Source: Glaucostegus cemiculus (lineage: Eukaryota). From it: a DNA stretch of 64,000 nt. Where the stretch lies: the NCBI GenBank assembly GCA_976551045.1, contig CDPCPM010000013.1, positions 20,460,001 through 20,524,000 on the forward strand, read 5' to 3'. The notes beneath the pieces are model-generated. The model was not told the DNA's origin. It ran no database searches and saw only the letters and a list, made by a program, of their open reading frames with translations. Shown here in pieces: positions 26,494-39,900 of the stretch. Made by a program: the position numbers and the translations under genes. Position 1 is the first letter of the stretch. Each line of letters begins with the position of its first letter.

Positions 26494-29105
26494 ATCATTT
26501 CTTTAGTTTACAAAAACATTTTTAATCACTTTAGTTTGGTCACTAGATTGCTTTAATCAGATATATCCTATAGTTGCCTATGAAGGCAATGTATCTTTGA
26601 CTTTTCTTATGTAGAATCACAAAATATGAAAGTATATGAAAAAGGCAAGTGCAGGGTATACTGTAACTCATGTTTTATTTAAGTTTACCCATGGTTAGTG
26701 GGTTTCTATATAATTTTATATGAACACTCCTGCCAAGACATTTCACTGCATAGCACTTTTTTTTTCAGGAGTGAAGTACAATAACAGCATCCTGGTTATT
26801 TCTTTTGGAAATTCAGCCAGTGACTTTGGAACATAATCAGACTTGCATTCCTATGCAATTTCTCCTTCTGGGGCACACAGGATGATGTTAATTCTCAGGA
26901 AGCACCCTTTTGGAGCCTTGCTGGGCAACTTCAATCACACATTGTCCTGAGAGCTACCACTTTTGAACACTCCTGGGACAAAGTTGTCTTCCCAGCAAGC
27001 AGTGGACCTGCCGAAGACATCTGCCAGGGGAGTACATTAATTACCTTCATCCTTCAGGTCCCCAACTTCTACGCTACACTGATGCTAGTTGGACCCTCCA
27101 CCATTCACCTTCTCCCCTACAATCTCCTGCTTTCTCCCAAAGTCCTGATATGCATCTTGTGTCTCTTGCAATGCTACCATTGGCACTCAGAGCACCAGCT
27201 CCTAATTGCACTTGCCCCACAAGCAACATTCAAACTGCCTATCCATGGTTACCTCATCATCAATCAACCTGCCAGTTCATGATACTCTCTCTCCTCATCA
27301 GTCAAACTGCTGATCCCCAAAACATTCCTTGTCAACAACAGCATTCCATCTTCCTGTCTTTGATCTCCCCCTCCCCCTTACCATACAAACTGTTGGTGCC
27401 CAGTATACCCTCCCCCCACCATGCAAGCTGTTGGTAACAGATCTCCAAATGCTTGGCTTCAATAAACATCCATACCTCCCCAGACCAGCCAGCAACAGCA
27501 TAAGCCAGTTAGGTCTGTGACTGCCAGCCATCCCACTGAACCAAATGTCTGAAGAGTCTTTAGTTACATAATGCCATAAAGTAGTTATTGGTTCCCCACA
27601 GCTGTGCTGATCTACTACTTGGGTGCACTAGAATTTCTAGGTATATATCCAATGCATGTTCACTTTGCTGCTGAAGCTAAATATAATGGACAAATTAGTT
27701 ATTGGATAATATCATGTTATTTCTTTTCTGAAATGTTATTATTATTCACAAGTTAAAACCTTGGCTCTTGCATACCTCATGGAGATCACTAATTCATTAT
27801 GGAAGGGTTAAATCAATACATGCACAGTAGCTGTCCAGTGAAAGGTACCAAAATAATTGTTTAAAAAAACCTATAGTTTGTATGTTTGGGATGCCATAAA
27901 TCATGAAATTAGAGGTACATGTTAATGGGTGTAATACGTTAATCATCGGGGAATTTAATAAACATTTGGAGTGCAATCAGAAAAATAACCAGGAATGGAT
28001 CACTACAACATTGAGATTTCAGTGTTTGCATGTGCATGCATGGTAATGGAGAAGTTGTTCTCAAATGGTCTGAGGAATATTGACAAACACCTGTAATTTT
28101 ACTGAACTTTAGCTGCAAAGCTGGGTTGTCATAAGTGCAGTGTAGCTGACACAGATCCAAGTCAGCACCTAAAGGTAGTGAGACCTAGCTTGTGAGCTGG
28201 TACACATAGTGGCACCAGCTCATTTAATGCAGGATTCTGGTGGCAGGGTGATGCAGGTTAGGAGAAAGGCATCAGGACCTTTTTTCTCTGGTTGTGCAAC
28301 ATGAACACCTGCTCCCAGCCACAGCTTTAAATTACACTGATGGTAGGGTGTGGAAAAAAATAAAACTTTAAATAATTTAATTCTTGCTAGAAATAGAATT
28401 TGTGGTCTGGGATGTGTTTAATATCACCCAGCTCACTAATGTCAGTGTAAGTGGGCCTTTAACAAATGCCAAGCTCAAATGCTGGTGAGATCACACCACC
28501 TATTGTTTATAAAATCATATGTGTTCCGTTTCTTTATTTTGATAAGGTGATCACACTTATTACTTCCTCTGCCTCTATCCCTTTTGTGCCTATTTAATTC
28601 TGCTTTCAATCCATCTGAGTGTTCAACTCAATTACTTTTGTAGCATGTGCTCTAAATTCTTATTGCTTTTTCTCCTGAATTTCTTGTAGGATTTTTAAAG
28701 ACAGTCTTAGATTTATGATTTCTAATTTTGAGTACAACCACAAATTGATCTTAGCATTCAGATAGTGTAGTATTTTCGTTGTCGTGAGCATGTGGCCAAG
28801 TAGTCCAGTTTTATGAACAGTTATCACATCAAGTTAAAGTTGTCAAATGCAACCCATGCCTATACCTATTAAAGGGAACTTGTAAGGAGGAGAGGATGGG
28901 GTATCCCAAACTGGTGCATGTCATTCTGTAGTTTATGCAGGTTTGGTGCAAGCCATAGCAGTACATGGAAGAAAGCAAACAACTCAGTTTTCAGACTCTG
29001 ATCTGGACACGTTGGTTCATGATACAGAGAGCAGGAGAGTGTTCCTGTAGGTACCAGGTCTCAGGAAGCCTTGCAGATTTATAAGGACAAAGTTTAAAAA
29101 AAAAT

Positions 29106-29654
29106 TGCAGGTCCTGCAAATCTGAAACAAGGAACGAAGATGCTGGAAACATTCAGTAGGTCAGGCGGCATCTGTGAAGAGAGAAACAGAGTTAACATCA
29201 AACATACAAAGACACAGGGGAGCTGGAGAGAAAATATGGGTCTGTGATAGGATGGAGACCCAGAAGAAGAAAAAGATACAAATGATTATGTTCGCTGAGA
29301 AAGGTTGATGAAGGCTTGTTAGTTGTTGATCTATCCAGAGGAGATGTAAGTAGGAGATAACTGAGAACAGAGAAGAGATAAAATAAAACAATGCTGAAAC
29401 TGTGAGATACAAATTGGTACAGCTGATGGAAATCTGAAGTAATGGGCAGGAAACAGCTGGCAGGTCAGGCAGCAGGCCAGACATTCTGTTTGTTCTCTCC
29501 ACTACTCTCCTGCAGCTTAAAACACTTCTGATTTCTAATCGTACCTAGTTCTAATGATGGGTCATAGATTGAAAGTGTTAACTTTATTCCTCCCTCTGCA
29601 GTTGCTGCCTGAGCGGCTGAATATTTCCAGCATTTTCTCTTCTAATTCTAGATT
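29106..29654. mobile_element. Non-autonomous Penelope-type element with inverted ~90-110-bp terminal repeats
   Basis: 29106-29198 (gatgctggaaacattcagtaggtcaggcggcatctgtg...gagttaaca) is a degenerate reverse complement of 29547-29654 (tgttaact...gctgcctgagcggctgaatatttccagcatttt). Confidence 0.55.
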
Positions 29655-29840
29655 GGTAGCCAAGTTGGTAGAGCTTGATTTGATATATTGGCAGGAATGG
29701 AGCTCCAAAGATGTTGATGTGGCGCTGTAAGAAGATTAATGAGTTCACATCCATGGTCAACATCAATGAATACATCTTCAAATCCCATCTCTCAACAATT
29801 ATGCCATTATAAATCCTGTCTCCCAAGAACTGGACTACCA

Positions 29841-30185
29841 CAGGGGTATATTGTCGCAGCAGTCAGTGCTGCTGCCTCACACTTCCAGGAAGCTGGATTA
29901 CGTTCTGTCCGTGCGGAGTCTGCACATTCTTCCAGTGACCACATGGGTTGCGTCCAGATGCTCTGGTTTCCTCCTACATACCAAAGACATACTGATAGGT
30001 TGATTGGCTATGTTTACATCTTAGTGTGCCAAAAATAACCAAAACTGAGTTGCTAGGCCTTAGTGAAAGAGAATAAGTTGCAGGGGCACAGCAAAATCAG
30101 GAATGGAATGCAGATTAATAGGATTCCTCCCCTGGAGCCAATATGAACCTGATTGGCTAAATGGCCTCTTTTTTTTATCATGATA
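29841..30185 (+). mobile_element. HE1-like V-SINE, degraded
   Basis: tRNA-like head, V-domain (ggagtctgcacattct...ctctggtttcctcctacataccaaagac) and CR1-like tail (ggctaaatggcctc). Confidence 0.6.
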
Positions 30186-30779
30186 AGGATAAGATTACAT
30201 ACCCACATACATTATTATCACTCACCTAACAATAATCTCTATCAATCAAGGGCTAGTAATCAAATTCCACCATGTTCTCTCAGCTTGCCACTACTCCATT
30301 CTCATACAGTTCCAGCTAATCAAACATTTCAGACATATTGCACAGCCACATTGCAAGAAATTCATCAGTGCTATGATACAGGAGAAGACAGTGGATAACC
30401 AACAGCTGCAGACCCGTGGGAAACAAGTTTGTGTACATTGGTGGACAGAATAATTTATGTCATCCTGCAAATGAGTCTGCCAAGCAGTTTCACATAGATT
30501 ATTTCAGATGATGATATGGTTATTCCTAATTCTTCTTCTCACATCCCACTTTTCTCTTATCCTTCATTCTCTTCAGATTTATAAGATAGTGTAAGCAAAT
30601 AATAGGCAAAGTCAAGCAGAAACAAAAACAAACATTAATGGTATTGATGTACATATTTTTTTTGTTTTGATTGGATAGATAAATATCATTTGGAATGAAG
30701 ATTAGTTTGGTCTTTTATTCATCCATTATGATCAACTAGATGCTGAGGTGATAATCAATAGATGGAATACAGGAATAGA

Positions 30780-31120
30780 ACCATGAAGTCTTCTTTGTAG
30801 CTCCAAGTATCCATGATTTTGACCCAGTGATATTGGGGAATAAGTCATGATGGTGTGTGTCTTAGGGGTTACCTAGTGAGTGTCCATGGTTCCACAACCA
30901 AATGCTAATCTTGCCCTTCTGTTAAAGGCAATGCTTTGCAGATGCAGTTGAAGAAGCATTTAGGCTTGGTATATGGGTCAGTGTTATAAAGGAAGAGAAT
31001 GTTCAGAGTTGCCAATCAAGCTGGCTGGTTCTTCCTGCATTATATTGAGCACCTTGAGTGTTGCTGGAGCTGTATCTTTCTTGGCAAATGAAGGACATTT
31101 CATCATGCTCCTGACATCAC
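30780..31120 (-). mobile_element. CR1/L2-group LINE fragment (third copy of the 5726/6389 segment)
   Basis: Minus strand cagctccagcaacactcaag...cagccagcttgattggca is homologous to 5845-5910. Confidence 0.6.
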
Positions 31121-31370
31121 TGTCAGTTCCAACTCAATCAGCAACAAACCTGAAGCCAATGAAGATCCCTTTAATAGATAAGGGTAGCATGAGGGAGCAG
31201 AGTTATTCTTCTTGTAAGCTGCACAATTCCTATGTGCGATTAACACATGGTGTTCGCTAGATTGTCATAGTTCATTTTGAGCTAGGATAGCCTCAAGTAG
31301 CCTTGCACTAAGATTGGCCAAACTAAGTGCCTATATTGCACAGTGCCAGTGTGCGCATTTGACACATGTA

Positions 31371-31533
31371 GATAAGATTTCTTTATTAGTCACATATACA
31401 TTGACACACACAGTGAAATACATCTTTTTGCATAGTGATTTGGGGGGCAGCCCACAAGTGTCACCATGCTTCCGGCGCCAACATAGCATGCCCACAACTT
31501 CCTAATCTGCATGCCTTTGGAATGTGGGAGGAA
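31371..31533 (-). mobile_element. 3' half of the SINE family at 40937 and 42323
   Basis: Reverse complement of 41070-41232. Confidence 0.85.
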
Positions 31534-31607
31534 GCCAATTGTGCGTTATATTGCAAAAAAAAAGCACACTCAGATTTGAAAACAAAATTGAAACCAAATT
31601 GGCATCT

Positions 31608-34405
31608 ACATAGAACGTAAAACAATACAGCACAGGACAGGCCTTTCAGTTCACAATGTTGTGCCAATCTAATTAAATTAATAATCAAATGCCCAACTAA
31701 ACTAATCCCTTCTACCTAAATATCCATATCCTTACATTTCCTGCACATTCATGTGCCTACCTAAGAGCCTCTTGAATGCCCCTGTCGTATTTGCCTCCAC
31801 CACTACCCCAAGCAGCACACTCCAGGCACTCACCACTCTCTGTGTAAAAAAAAAAATTTACCCCACACATCTCCTTTGAACTTACCCCCTCTCACCTTAA
31901 ATGCATGTCCTCTGGTATTAGGCATTTCAACCCTGGGGAAAACATACTGACTGTCTATCTATGCCTCTCATAATCTTATAAACCTCTATCAGATCTCCCT
32001 TCATCCTCCACCCCTCCAGAGAAAACAACCCTAGTTTGTCCAATCTCTCCTTATAGCACATGCCCTCTAATCCAGGCAGCATCCTGGTAAACCTTGTCTG
32101 TACCCTCTCTAAAGCCTCCACATCCTTTCTATTATGGAGCGACCAGAAATGAACACAATACTCCAGATACATCCTAACCAGAGTTTTATAAGGCTGCAGC
32201 ATAACCTCCTTACTCTTGAACTCAATTCCTAATAAAGGAAAGCATGGCTCCTTTACCACCCTATCAACCTGTGTAGCCACCTTTAGGGAGCTATGAACTT
32301 GGACCCCAAAATCCCTGTGCTCATCAACACTGTTAAGGGTCTTGCGATTAACAGTGTACTGTCTCTTTATATTTGATCTCCCAAGGTGTAACACTTCACA
32401 TTTGGCCAAGTTAAGCTCCATCTGCTATTTCTCCGCCCATATCTGCAACTGATCTATATCCTGCTGTATCCTTTGCTAGTCTTCTACACTATCCACAACA
32501 TCACCAATCTTCATATCATCTGCAAACTTACTTAGCCACCCATGTACATTTTCATCCAAGTCATTTATATACGTCACAAACAGCAGAGGTCCCAGTACGG
32601 ATCCCTGTGGAACACCACTAATCACAGACCTCCAGCTAGAATAAGTTCCATCGACCACTACCCTCTGTCTTTTATGGACAAGCCAATTCTGAATCCAAAC
32701 GGCCAACTCATCATAAATCTCATGCATCTTAATCTTCTAGATGAGCCTCCCATGAAGGACGTTATCAAATGCCTTACTAAAATCCACATAGACAACATCC
32801 ACAGCTCTACCTTCATCAATCACCCTCATCACCTCCTCAAAAACACTGGATCAAGTTAGTGAGACACCACTTGCCCTGCACAATGCCATGCTGACTGTCC
32901 CTAATTGTGCCATGGTTTAACAAATGCTCATAAATTCTATGCTGAAGAATCCTATCCAGTAACTTCTCTACCACTGACGTGAGACTCACCGGTCTATAGT
33001 TTCCAGGAGTATTCCTATTTCCCTTCTGGAATACTGGAACAACATTAGCTACTCGCCAGTCCTCTGGGACCTCGCCTGTTGCTAGAGAGAACATGAAGAT
33101 CTTGGGCAAGACCCCAGCAATCTCATCTCTTGCCTCGCTCAATAACCTGGGCTATATCCCATCGTGCCTTGGGAACTTACCCACCTTAATGCTCTTTTAG
33201 AGACCCAACACTACATCCTTTATCTCGGTGCCCTAGCATATTAGCATGCTACACACTCATCTCCCTGTCCTTCTCCTTAGTAAATACTGATGCAAAGTAC
33301 TCATTTAGGACCTCACCCACATGTTCTGCTTCCAAGTACATGTTCTGTCCTTTATCCTTGAGTGGACCTACCCTCTCCCTAGTTTTCCTCTTTCTCTTGA
33401 TGTATGTATAGAATGCCTTGCTATTCTCTTTAATCCTACTTGCCAAGGACTTTTCATGGACCCTCCTGGCTTTCCTAATTCCCTTCTTTTCTGTCTTCTT
33501 TATAAATCTGAAGGGCTCTGTTTGATCCTGGCTTCCTGAGTTTTACATACATTTCTTTTTTCTTCTTGACTAAATTCACCACCTCTCTTGATATCCAGGG
33601 TTCCCTTACCATGCCATCCTTGTCCTTCCTTCCTACTGGATCACACCTGTCCTGTACTCTGTGCAGTTGGTCTTTAAACACCCTCCACATGTCAGATGTG
33701 GACTTGCCCAAAAATAGCTGTTTCCAATTAACTCTCCCTAGTTCCTGCCTAATGCTCTCATAATTTGCCCTGCTCCAATTTAATACTCTCCTGCAAGGTC
33801 CATACTTATCCTTACCTATAGCTATCTTAAAACTTAAGGAGTTGAGGTCACTGTTCCTGACTGTTCTCTCACTGATAGGTCAGTCACCTGACCAGGCTCA
33901 TTACCAACACCAGGTCCAGTATGGCCCCTTCTCTCATTGGACTATCTACATATTGATTTAAGAAACCCTCCTGGATGCACCTAACAAATTCTGCCCCATC
34001 TAAACCTCTTGCTCTAAGGAGGTCCCAGTTTATATTAGGGAAGTTGAAGTCCCACATGACAACAACCCTATTGGTTTTACACCTTTCCCTAATCTTCCTG
34101 CATATCTGTCCTCAACTTTCCTCTGGCTATTTGTGGGGTGGAGGGGGGGAGGGTGTCTGCAGTATAATCCCATCGGAGTGATTGCACCTTTCTTATTTTT
34201 GAGTTCTATCCATATAGACTCAGTGGACAAGTCCTCCATTGTGTCCTCTCTGCGTGCAGTTGTGATATTGTCCCTGATTAGTAGTGCAACTCCACCCATC
34301 CCCCTCCATCTTTTATCTGCCTCTCTATCTTTTCTCTAAAGCTTCGAAATCCTGGAACATAAAACACCTATTCCTGTCCCTCTCTCAACCAAGTCTCTGT
34401 AATGA
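31608..34405 (-). mobile_element. CR1 LINE with nearly complete but frameshifted ORF2 (APE endonuclease + RT)
   Basis: Consecutive minus-strand ORFs: GGVALLI/ESIWIEL (EN), GNYRPVSLTS, GVPQGSVLGP, FADD, LEYCVHFWS. Confidence 0.95.
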
Positions 34406-34867
34406 CAGTTATAAAGCTCTATAGCTTTATAAAATGCTCTATAGCATTATAAATAGCAGCAAAACATGGCCTGAGTATTTAACTGTAACAATTATTTATT
34501 CATTTTATCTAACCCACTACTACCCTCCTGGGCATTCTCTTTTGACAAGCAAGAAATTTCTAATTTAGTTTTGCAGTGATGGCAACTGTTTTGTCTCCTT
34601 CAAAGCTATATTCAATTCAATTCTTCTGTATTTTGTTGGAGGGGCCGAGAATAATGTGATTTAATACACCTTTGTTTCAGTGCATCATCAAATTAGTATT
34701 AAAGTATAATTCAGTTGTGAAAGTAAAATTAAATTGTGTATTTGTAATTAGGTTTTCTATTTGAGCCTGTATTTGCTTAGTATTGAATCTAGAATGTTTA
34801 CTTTTTAAAACTCATTTACCATTGCTGTATAGGAAGAACAATTACTGTACAAGAGTGAACTGTTATG

Positions 34868-34975
34868 GGTGCTGGAAATCTGAAATAAAAATAGCAAGTG
34901 CTGGAAATAGCAGGTCAGGGAGGCCTGCTAAAGAGAGAAATGTGGAACATTTCAAGTCAATGTCCTTTCATCAGT
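34868..34975 (-). mobile_element. Penelope-type terminal repeat fragment with a hammerhead-like core
   Basis: Minus strand reads CTGATGA-AAGGACATTGACTT-GAAA-TGTT. Related fragments lie at about 2836-2910, 8590-8645, 19823-19890, 20230-20335 and 49905-49980. Confidence 0.55.
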
Positions 34976-37179
34976 ATGCCATTAATGTTCAAGTTCAAGT
35001 GTCGAATAGCCTTTGCGATGGAAAGTGAATAGAAAATATATGAAAGTGCTTACATGTCAATACAATATTAAAATGAAACTAATTGTGCCACTCCAGTGGT
35101 TTCAGAATCTGAAAGTGCTCTTTATTAGATAACTGATTCTGGTTTCCATGACAAAATGTTTCTCTTCCTGTAGAAAATACAGCTTATATTTGGAAAGCGT
35201 TTTGAAGCCTTGACGACATTTTTAGTGTGATTCATAAGCCATGTATTACCATGGTTGTACTGATGCTGTTGTCATTATTGCTACCTGATTGAAGAAAAGT
35301 CAAGGATTTATTTCAATAGCATGATCAAGATGAGTGCTGTGTAATCATAAGAGAATGACTGAAAGTGTGATTGATGGAATTTTGGGTTGCCAACATCAAT
35401 GCTGCATGTGAATACCCTTTTCATTCTTTGTTTTTTTTTTATTTATGATGTCATATATTATTTTGAAAGTGTCAGCAGGTTTGAGAAGGGATTTAGAGAA
35501 CCTGAAGTAAATTTCCCTACATGGCTGAAACGTACTGTGCAAGTTAGTGCATGCAATCAAAGTTCTCCTGAAAACATAAGTCATCTCATGCTTATATAAG
35601 GCAGTAACTAGATTTAACACCAAAATTTATTGTACTATGCTGTATTTCTTTCATCTGCTTCAAGTCCAGCCACACAAATTAAGTGACAAATAATGCAGGC
35701 AGCACTGAAATGGTGGGAGTCTGATAATTTTCCATAAGATAAAGCATGTTTGTTGAAGTAAGATAAACACTTGTGGCAAATATTTTTACACGTATAGATC
35801 TGTAAGTAAATGTAACAGGTAACAGGCAGATGGCACTCATTAAGAAAATGTATGGCAGTACAGTTTAAGACAAAATGTTTAAATCTTCATGGGAACGAAG
35901 CGACATTACAAACAGCAAAATAACATCAATTTGACCTCTATTCCTGTTTGCAATGGATGTTTTTGGATAAGGTGTATGCAAGGATTCTGAAATCAATTAA
36001 TTTCCCTTCAGCAAACTGTGAAATGTTTATTGGCACTGATTTGTACAAGAATTGTGATAAACAAACCTTTTGGTAAGTTTATAAAGCTAACTTGTGATGT
36101 TAAGTTGTTGTGTTTTGTCTTCCTAAAATAAATCTTTTGGATATGGGTGTAAGTAAAATAATCAACAGCTCAAATTCAAGTAGTGAAAGATGGGATTATT
36201 GCATCAGCAGTAGATTGCTCCAGTGCTCAAACATATTTATAATCAGTTTGATTAGATGTGATTTGATGCACTTTATTGCACTCTCTATTTTCTCCTTTTC
36301 ATAGGCAAAGTTGGTGTAAGGAATATACCTTGCAGATGCATTTCCATCTCATTTATAATTGTTTATCCTATTGATCGGATAATCTGTTCTCATATTTACT
36401 TTGGCAAATGTAACTAATTTTCAATGCTTATATTCAAGCAAGCAAAACAAATTACAGTTCAATGCCAAAGGAAGGTATCCTGTACATGAATATAAATTAT
36501 TCTGTTTTCAGCTTTACTTGTTTTTGACTTTGTATGTGTTGGCAATTTTATATTGCTGATTTATATCTGGCATACATAGACGACTGATGGCAAAAAAAAT
36601 AAGATTGTTAGGGCAAATATATTTCATTAGATTATAAGTCATACAAAAGGAATGTGAGCCAGTGCAGAATAAAGAATGCCAAAGAAGGTAATTGGTTGCA
36701 ATCTGTTAAACTTTGCCATTTGTTTTCATTATACAGCTAAAATGTGCAGACATTTTCTTAATAGTAAAATTTTCTCCCTTGATTCAATACCCTTTAATAG
36801 CATTTCAAATACTGAATCTAGATTTATCTACTTTTGGAAAATTCAGAATTGATTTACCCAAAAAAATGAAGCTTTATTTGAATATTAAGCCATACTTGGC
36901 CCTTTTTAAGTTTTGTGCACTAGCGATGCAACTTTTCCTGAATCTGCCCCATTTTTATAAAATATTTGATATCACTGGTTCTGGAAGTTGAAAGGGAATG
37001 ACTATCAACCTAATAATTTTGTTTTAATTCTTGTAGTATTTATACAATTTTTGTTCATATTATCAGGTAAGGGTGGATAGCCAAAGCCATCCATATTTCT
37101 AATGTCAGTAAATATGTTTACACCAACCTTCTTTAGAACAGTAAACTACCACCCAACTCCCTATATCATCCATACTATC

Positions 37180-37255
37180 CCTCAAACACCGCCCCCACCA
37201 CTACCAACCACACCCTACCCTCCCTCCCCTAACCTCCTTCCCTCAACACCCCTGG
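37180..37255 (+). repeat. C-rich low-complexity tract
   Basis: Runs of ccc/cca/cct over about 75 bp. Confidence 0.7.
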
Positions 37256-37899
37256 CCAGCAGAACCTACGACATCCATATTTTGAGTCAGGTCAATTAAT
37301 ACTGAACCCTTTCCACATTTTATTGCCAAGACAACTGTTAGTGTATAAAATCTCTTGTTTTATAATTATCAGAATAATGTTACTAATGAAGATGTGTATT
37401 GTGGAGTACACTGTAAAGTCATAGGTCTGTTGTAAAGAATGGACTAACATAAATATGTTTTTTTTAATTGTTTATGGTGGTATATGGGAAAAAGACATTC
37501 ACATACAAAAACTGTGGTTTCCAAGGTGATGTGAATCAGAAGCTAGCTGGAGCTGTGAGTGGGAATATCTTGCTTAAGTAGGATTAGTGAAGAATTCATC
37601 TGGAAGGATAGCGAAGCCTGCTGATAAGTATGTGTGTTTAGAATAATTCTGTAGAACTACAAAATACTGTACAAGCACTTAATTTGTAATGTAAATGGAT
37701 TTTTTTTATCTTTGTTGTTGCACCACAGGAAAAGATTATTTACATGTCTATCCATCTAGACATTTGGCTGGTGTAATTGGTCTTTGGCATTGGCACAAAA
37801 TGGTTGAGAGCAAATCAGCACCTCATTTACACCTCCTCCTGATCTTATTTGCCTTTAACCACACAAACAGGGATGAGCAGGACCAAGGAGGGATTTAAG

Positions 37900-39900
37900 C
37901 ATAATTATTTAAGCAGAAATTTTTTAATGGTCTTTGTTGGGGACCAGAAAGCAAAATAGGTCAGGGTGGATGATAATGATTCACTGCATATTAAGGGCTC
38001 GATTGGATGAGTTGAAGTGTGCAGAGGGTGGAGGATAGAAGCTTGGTCTGGAGAGCATTGGGATAGTCAGGTCTGGAGTTGCCAAGTACATTGATCAGAA
38101 TTTGGCAATGAGTGGCTGAAGCAGCATTAGAGATATTTGAAGTAGAACTATGCAACTGAATATGATGGAGTGTACCAGGTTAGCAGCTCAGCTCAGGATT
38201 AAGTCAGGAACCAAGACTGTGAACTGTTTGGTTCAGCCTAGGTGCAATGGTGGAGAAGGGGAATAACGTGGGCAATGAGGAAACAGTGTTTATGGTAGGA
38301 GCTGAAGACAACAGCTTTAGTCCTTATTGGGCAAGATCAAGCTCTGATGTCGATGACAGTTCTTTTGGAAACCACTGCCCATCTGCCCTCCAATGTTCAG
38401 TGAGTCTTTGACTTCCATGTCTGAGCACTGCAATGCAGAAATTGGAAATGCACTGGACGCTTCTGCTGTGCCACTTCATTCACATTGAGTCTATCCCTCA
38501 GCTTACAAGCAACAGAGCCCTTCATTTGAATGGGGTTGTTGCACTCCATTATAAAGGTAAGTTTGGGTTAAGGCTTTTATTTTGCTTTATTTCACTTCAT
38601 ATTTATATTTTTAATTACCTTACATTAATTTAACATTAAATAAATTTATTAATTTTATGCTTTTGAATGACTTTATAAATTGTTTACATTCACTAAAACT
38701 GTTTTGAAATGTCTCTGAACATAAGAAGCATTTAAGAACACTGAAGCAATGCTTTGATAGTAGTGAGTTGTCATAGACCGTTCGGGTGTTCCTGGAGATG
38801 AGGCCTCAGGTTCTGCCACCCGAGGCCTGATTGCCACTCACAACCTATTACACCTAGAGAGCTGTGGAGTGAAGGCCTGTGAGACTAGTGTGGGCAGTGA
38901 ACATATGGTCTAGAGTCTAGACCAACTTGAACATAGTCCAGAACATAATGTTTAACTGGAACAAATTGCGACAAATCCATGACTGAATGGCTGATAAATG
39001 TATGAAATAGAAGTAAAGCTGGATGGCATTAGCACAGAAGTGGAAGGTAAACTCATACTTGTAGGGAGTAAATGAAGAAGGATGAAATCTTGGCAGTTCC
39101 TAGAGTTATTAATATGGGGATGGAAAATTATCTTCCTAATCATACCCAAAGTGGAACCATGTGAGGGAAGCCCCAATAACCCAAACAATGGGATGAGTTA
39201 AGTCTGGTTGACTGTTCAAAGGCGATAAAGATGTCAAGTAGGAAGTACATAAATAGAACTATGGTTGCATGTACAAAGATTTGTCATTTTAATTGGGCCC
39301 TTTAAATGGCAGATCCTGTAACTTTATTATAACCAATGCTTAGAGTTCCCGGAAAGGTAAGAGAGTGAACAATACATCTGAAGACTTGGTTGAGGAAGGG
39401 GAAAGTGTTGTCATTTACAAGGATGGCAGAGGAGAATGTAGGGACAGGTTTTTTTTAAAAGAGGGCAGTGATGACAGTTATTTTAGACAGTTCAGTGGAG
39501 GGAGACAGGTGTGAGGAAATCAAATTTTGTATAGAGAACATATTCAGAGAGCTGTGAAGGACAATTGAACAATAGATAGTTGAGTGGAAATTAGATTACA
39601 AAAATCTCAGAAAAGATGAGGAGTTATAAGATGGAAGGAAATTGGACAAGAGGAATTTGGGTTTAGTTTTAGAGCAGGGGAGTCTGGAGGGAGTTTTGGA
39701 ATGATGAAACATGGAAAGAGTTTTACGCAACAGAGGAGGCTGAATGTGGTTAGCCATTCTGAGGTGCTTGTTAAAAAGAGTGTCATGATGGGTTGGCAGT
39801 CCTGTTGGGAAGTGGTGTTGGGTGCTGCATGGAGGGAAGGATCAGAGATTCTGGAAGGGGTCAGTGCACAAAAGTTTGGGAGGATATTAAGGATACAAGT
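37900..39900 (-). mobile_element. Old L2-group LINE fragments
   Basis: Purine-rich + strand typical of antisense L2; degraded, with uncertain boundaries. Confidence 0.35.

Noticed and set aside
31927-34299. Functional reverse transcriptase gene
   Set aside because: ORF2 is broken into many pieces by stops and frameshifts. The RT-like ORFs at 25938, 45206, 61313 and 62789 are also CR1 debris.
36305-36315. 9- or 11-nt microexon after a strong acceptor (tttctccttttcatag)
   Set aside because: The frame-preserving 9-nt version has a poor donor (gtgtaa), and the better donor (gtaagg) gives 11 nt. There is no further support.
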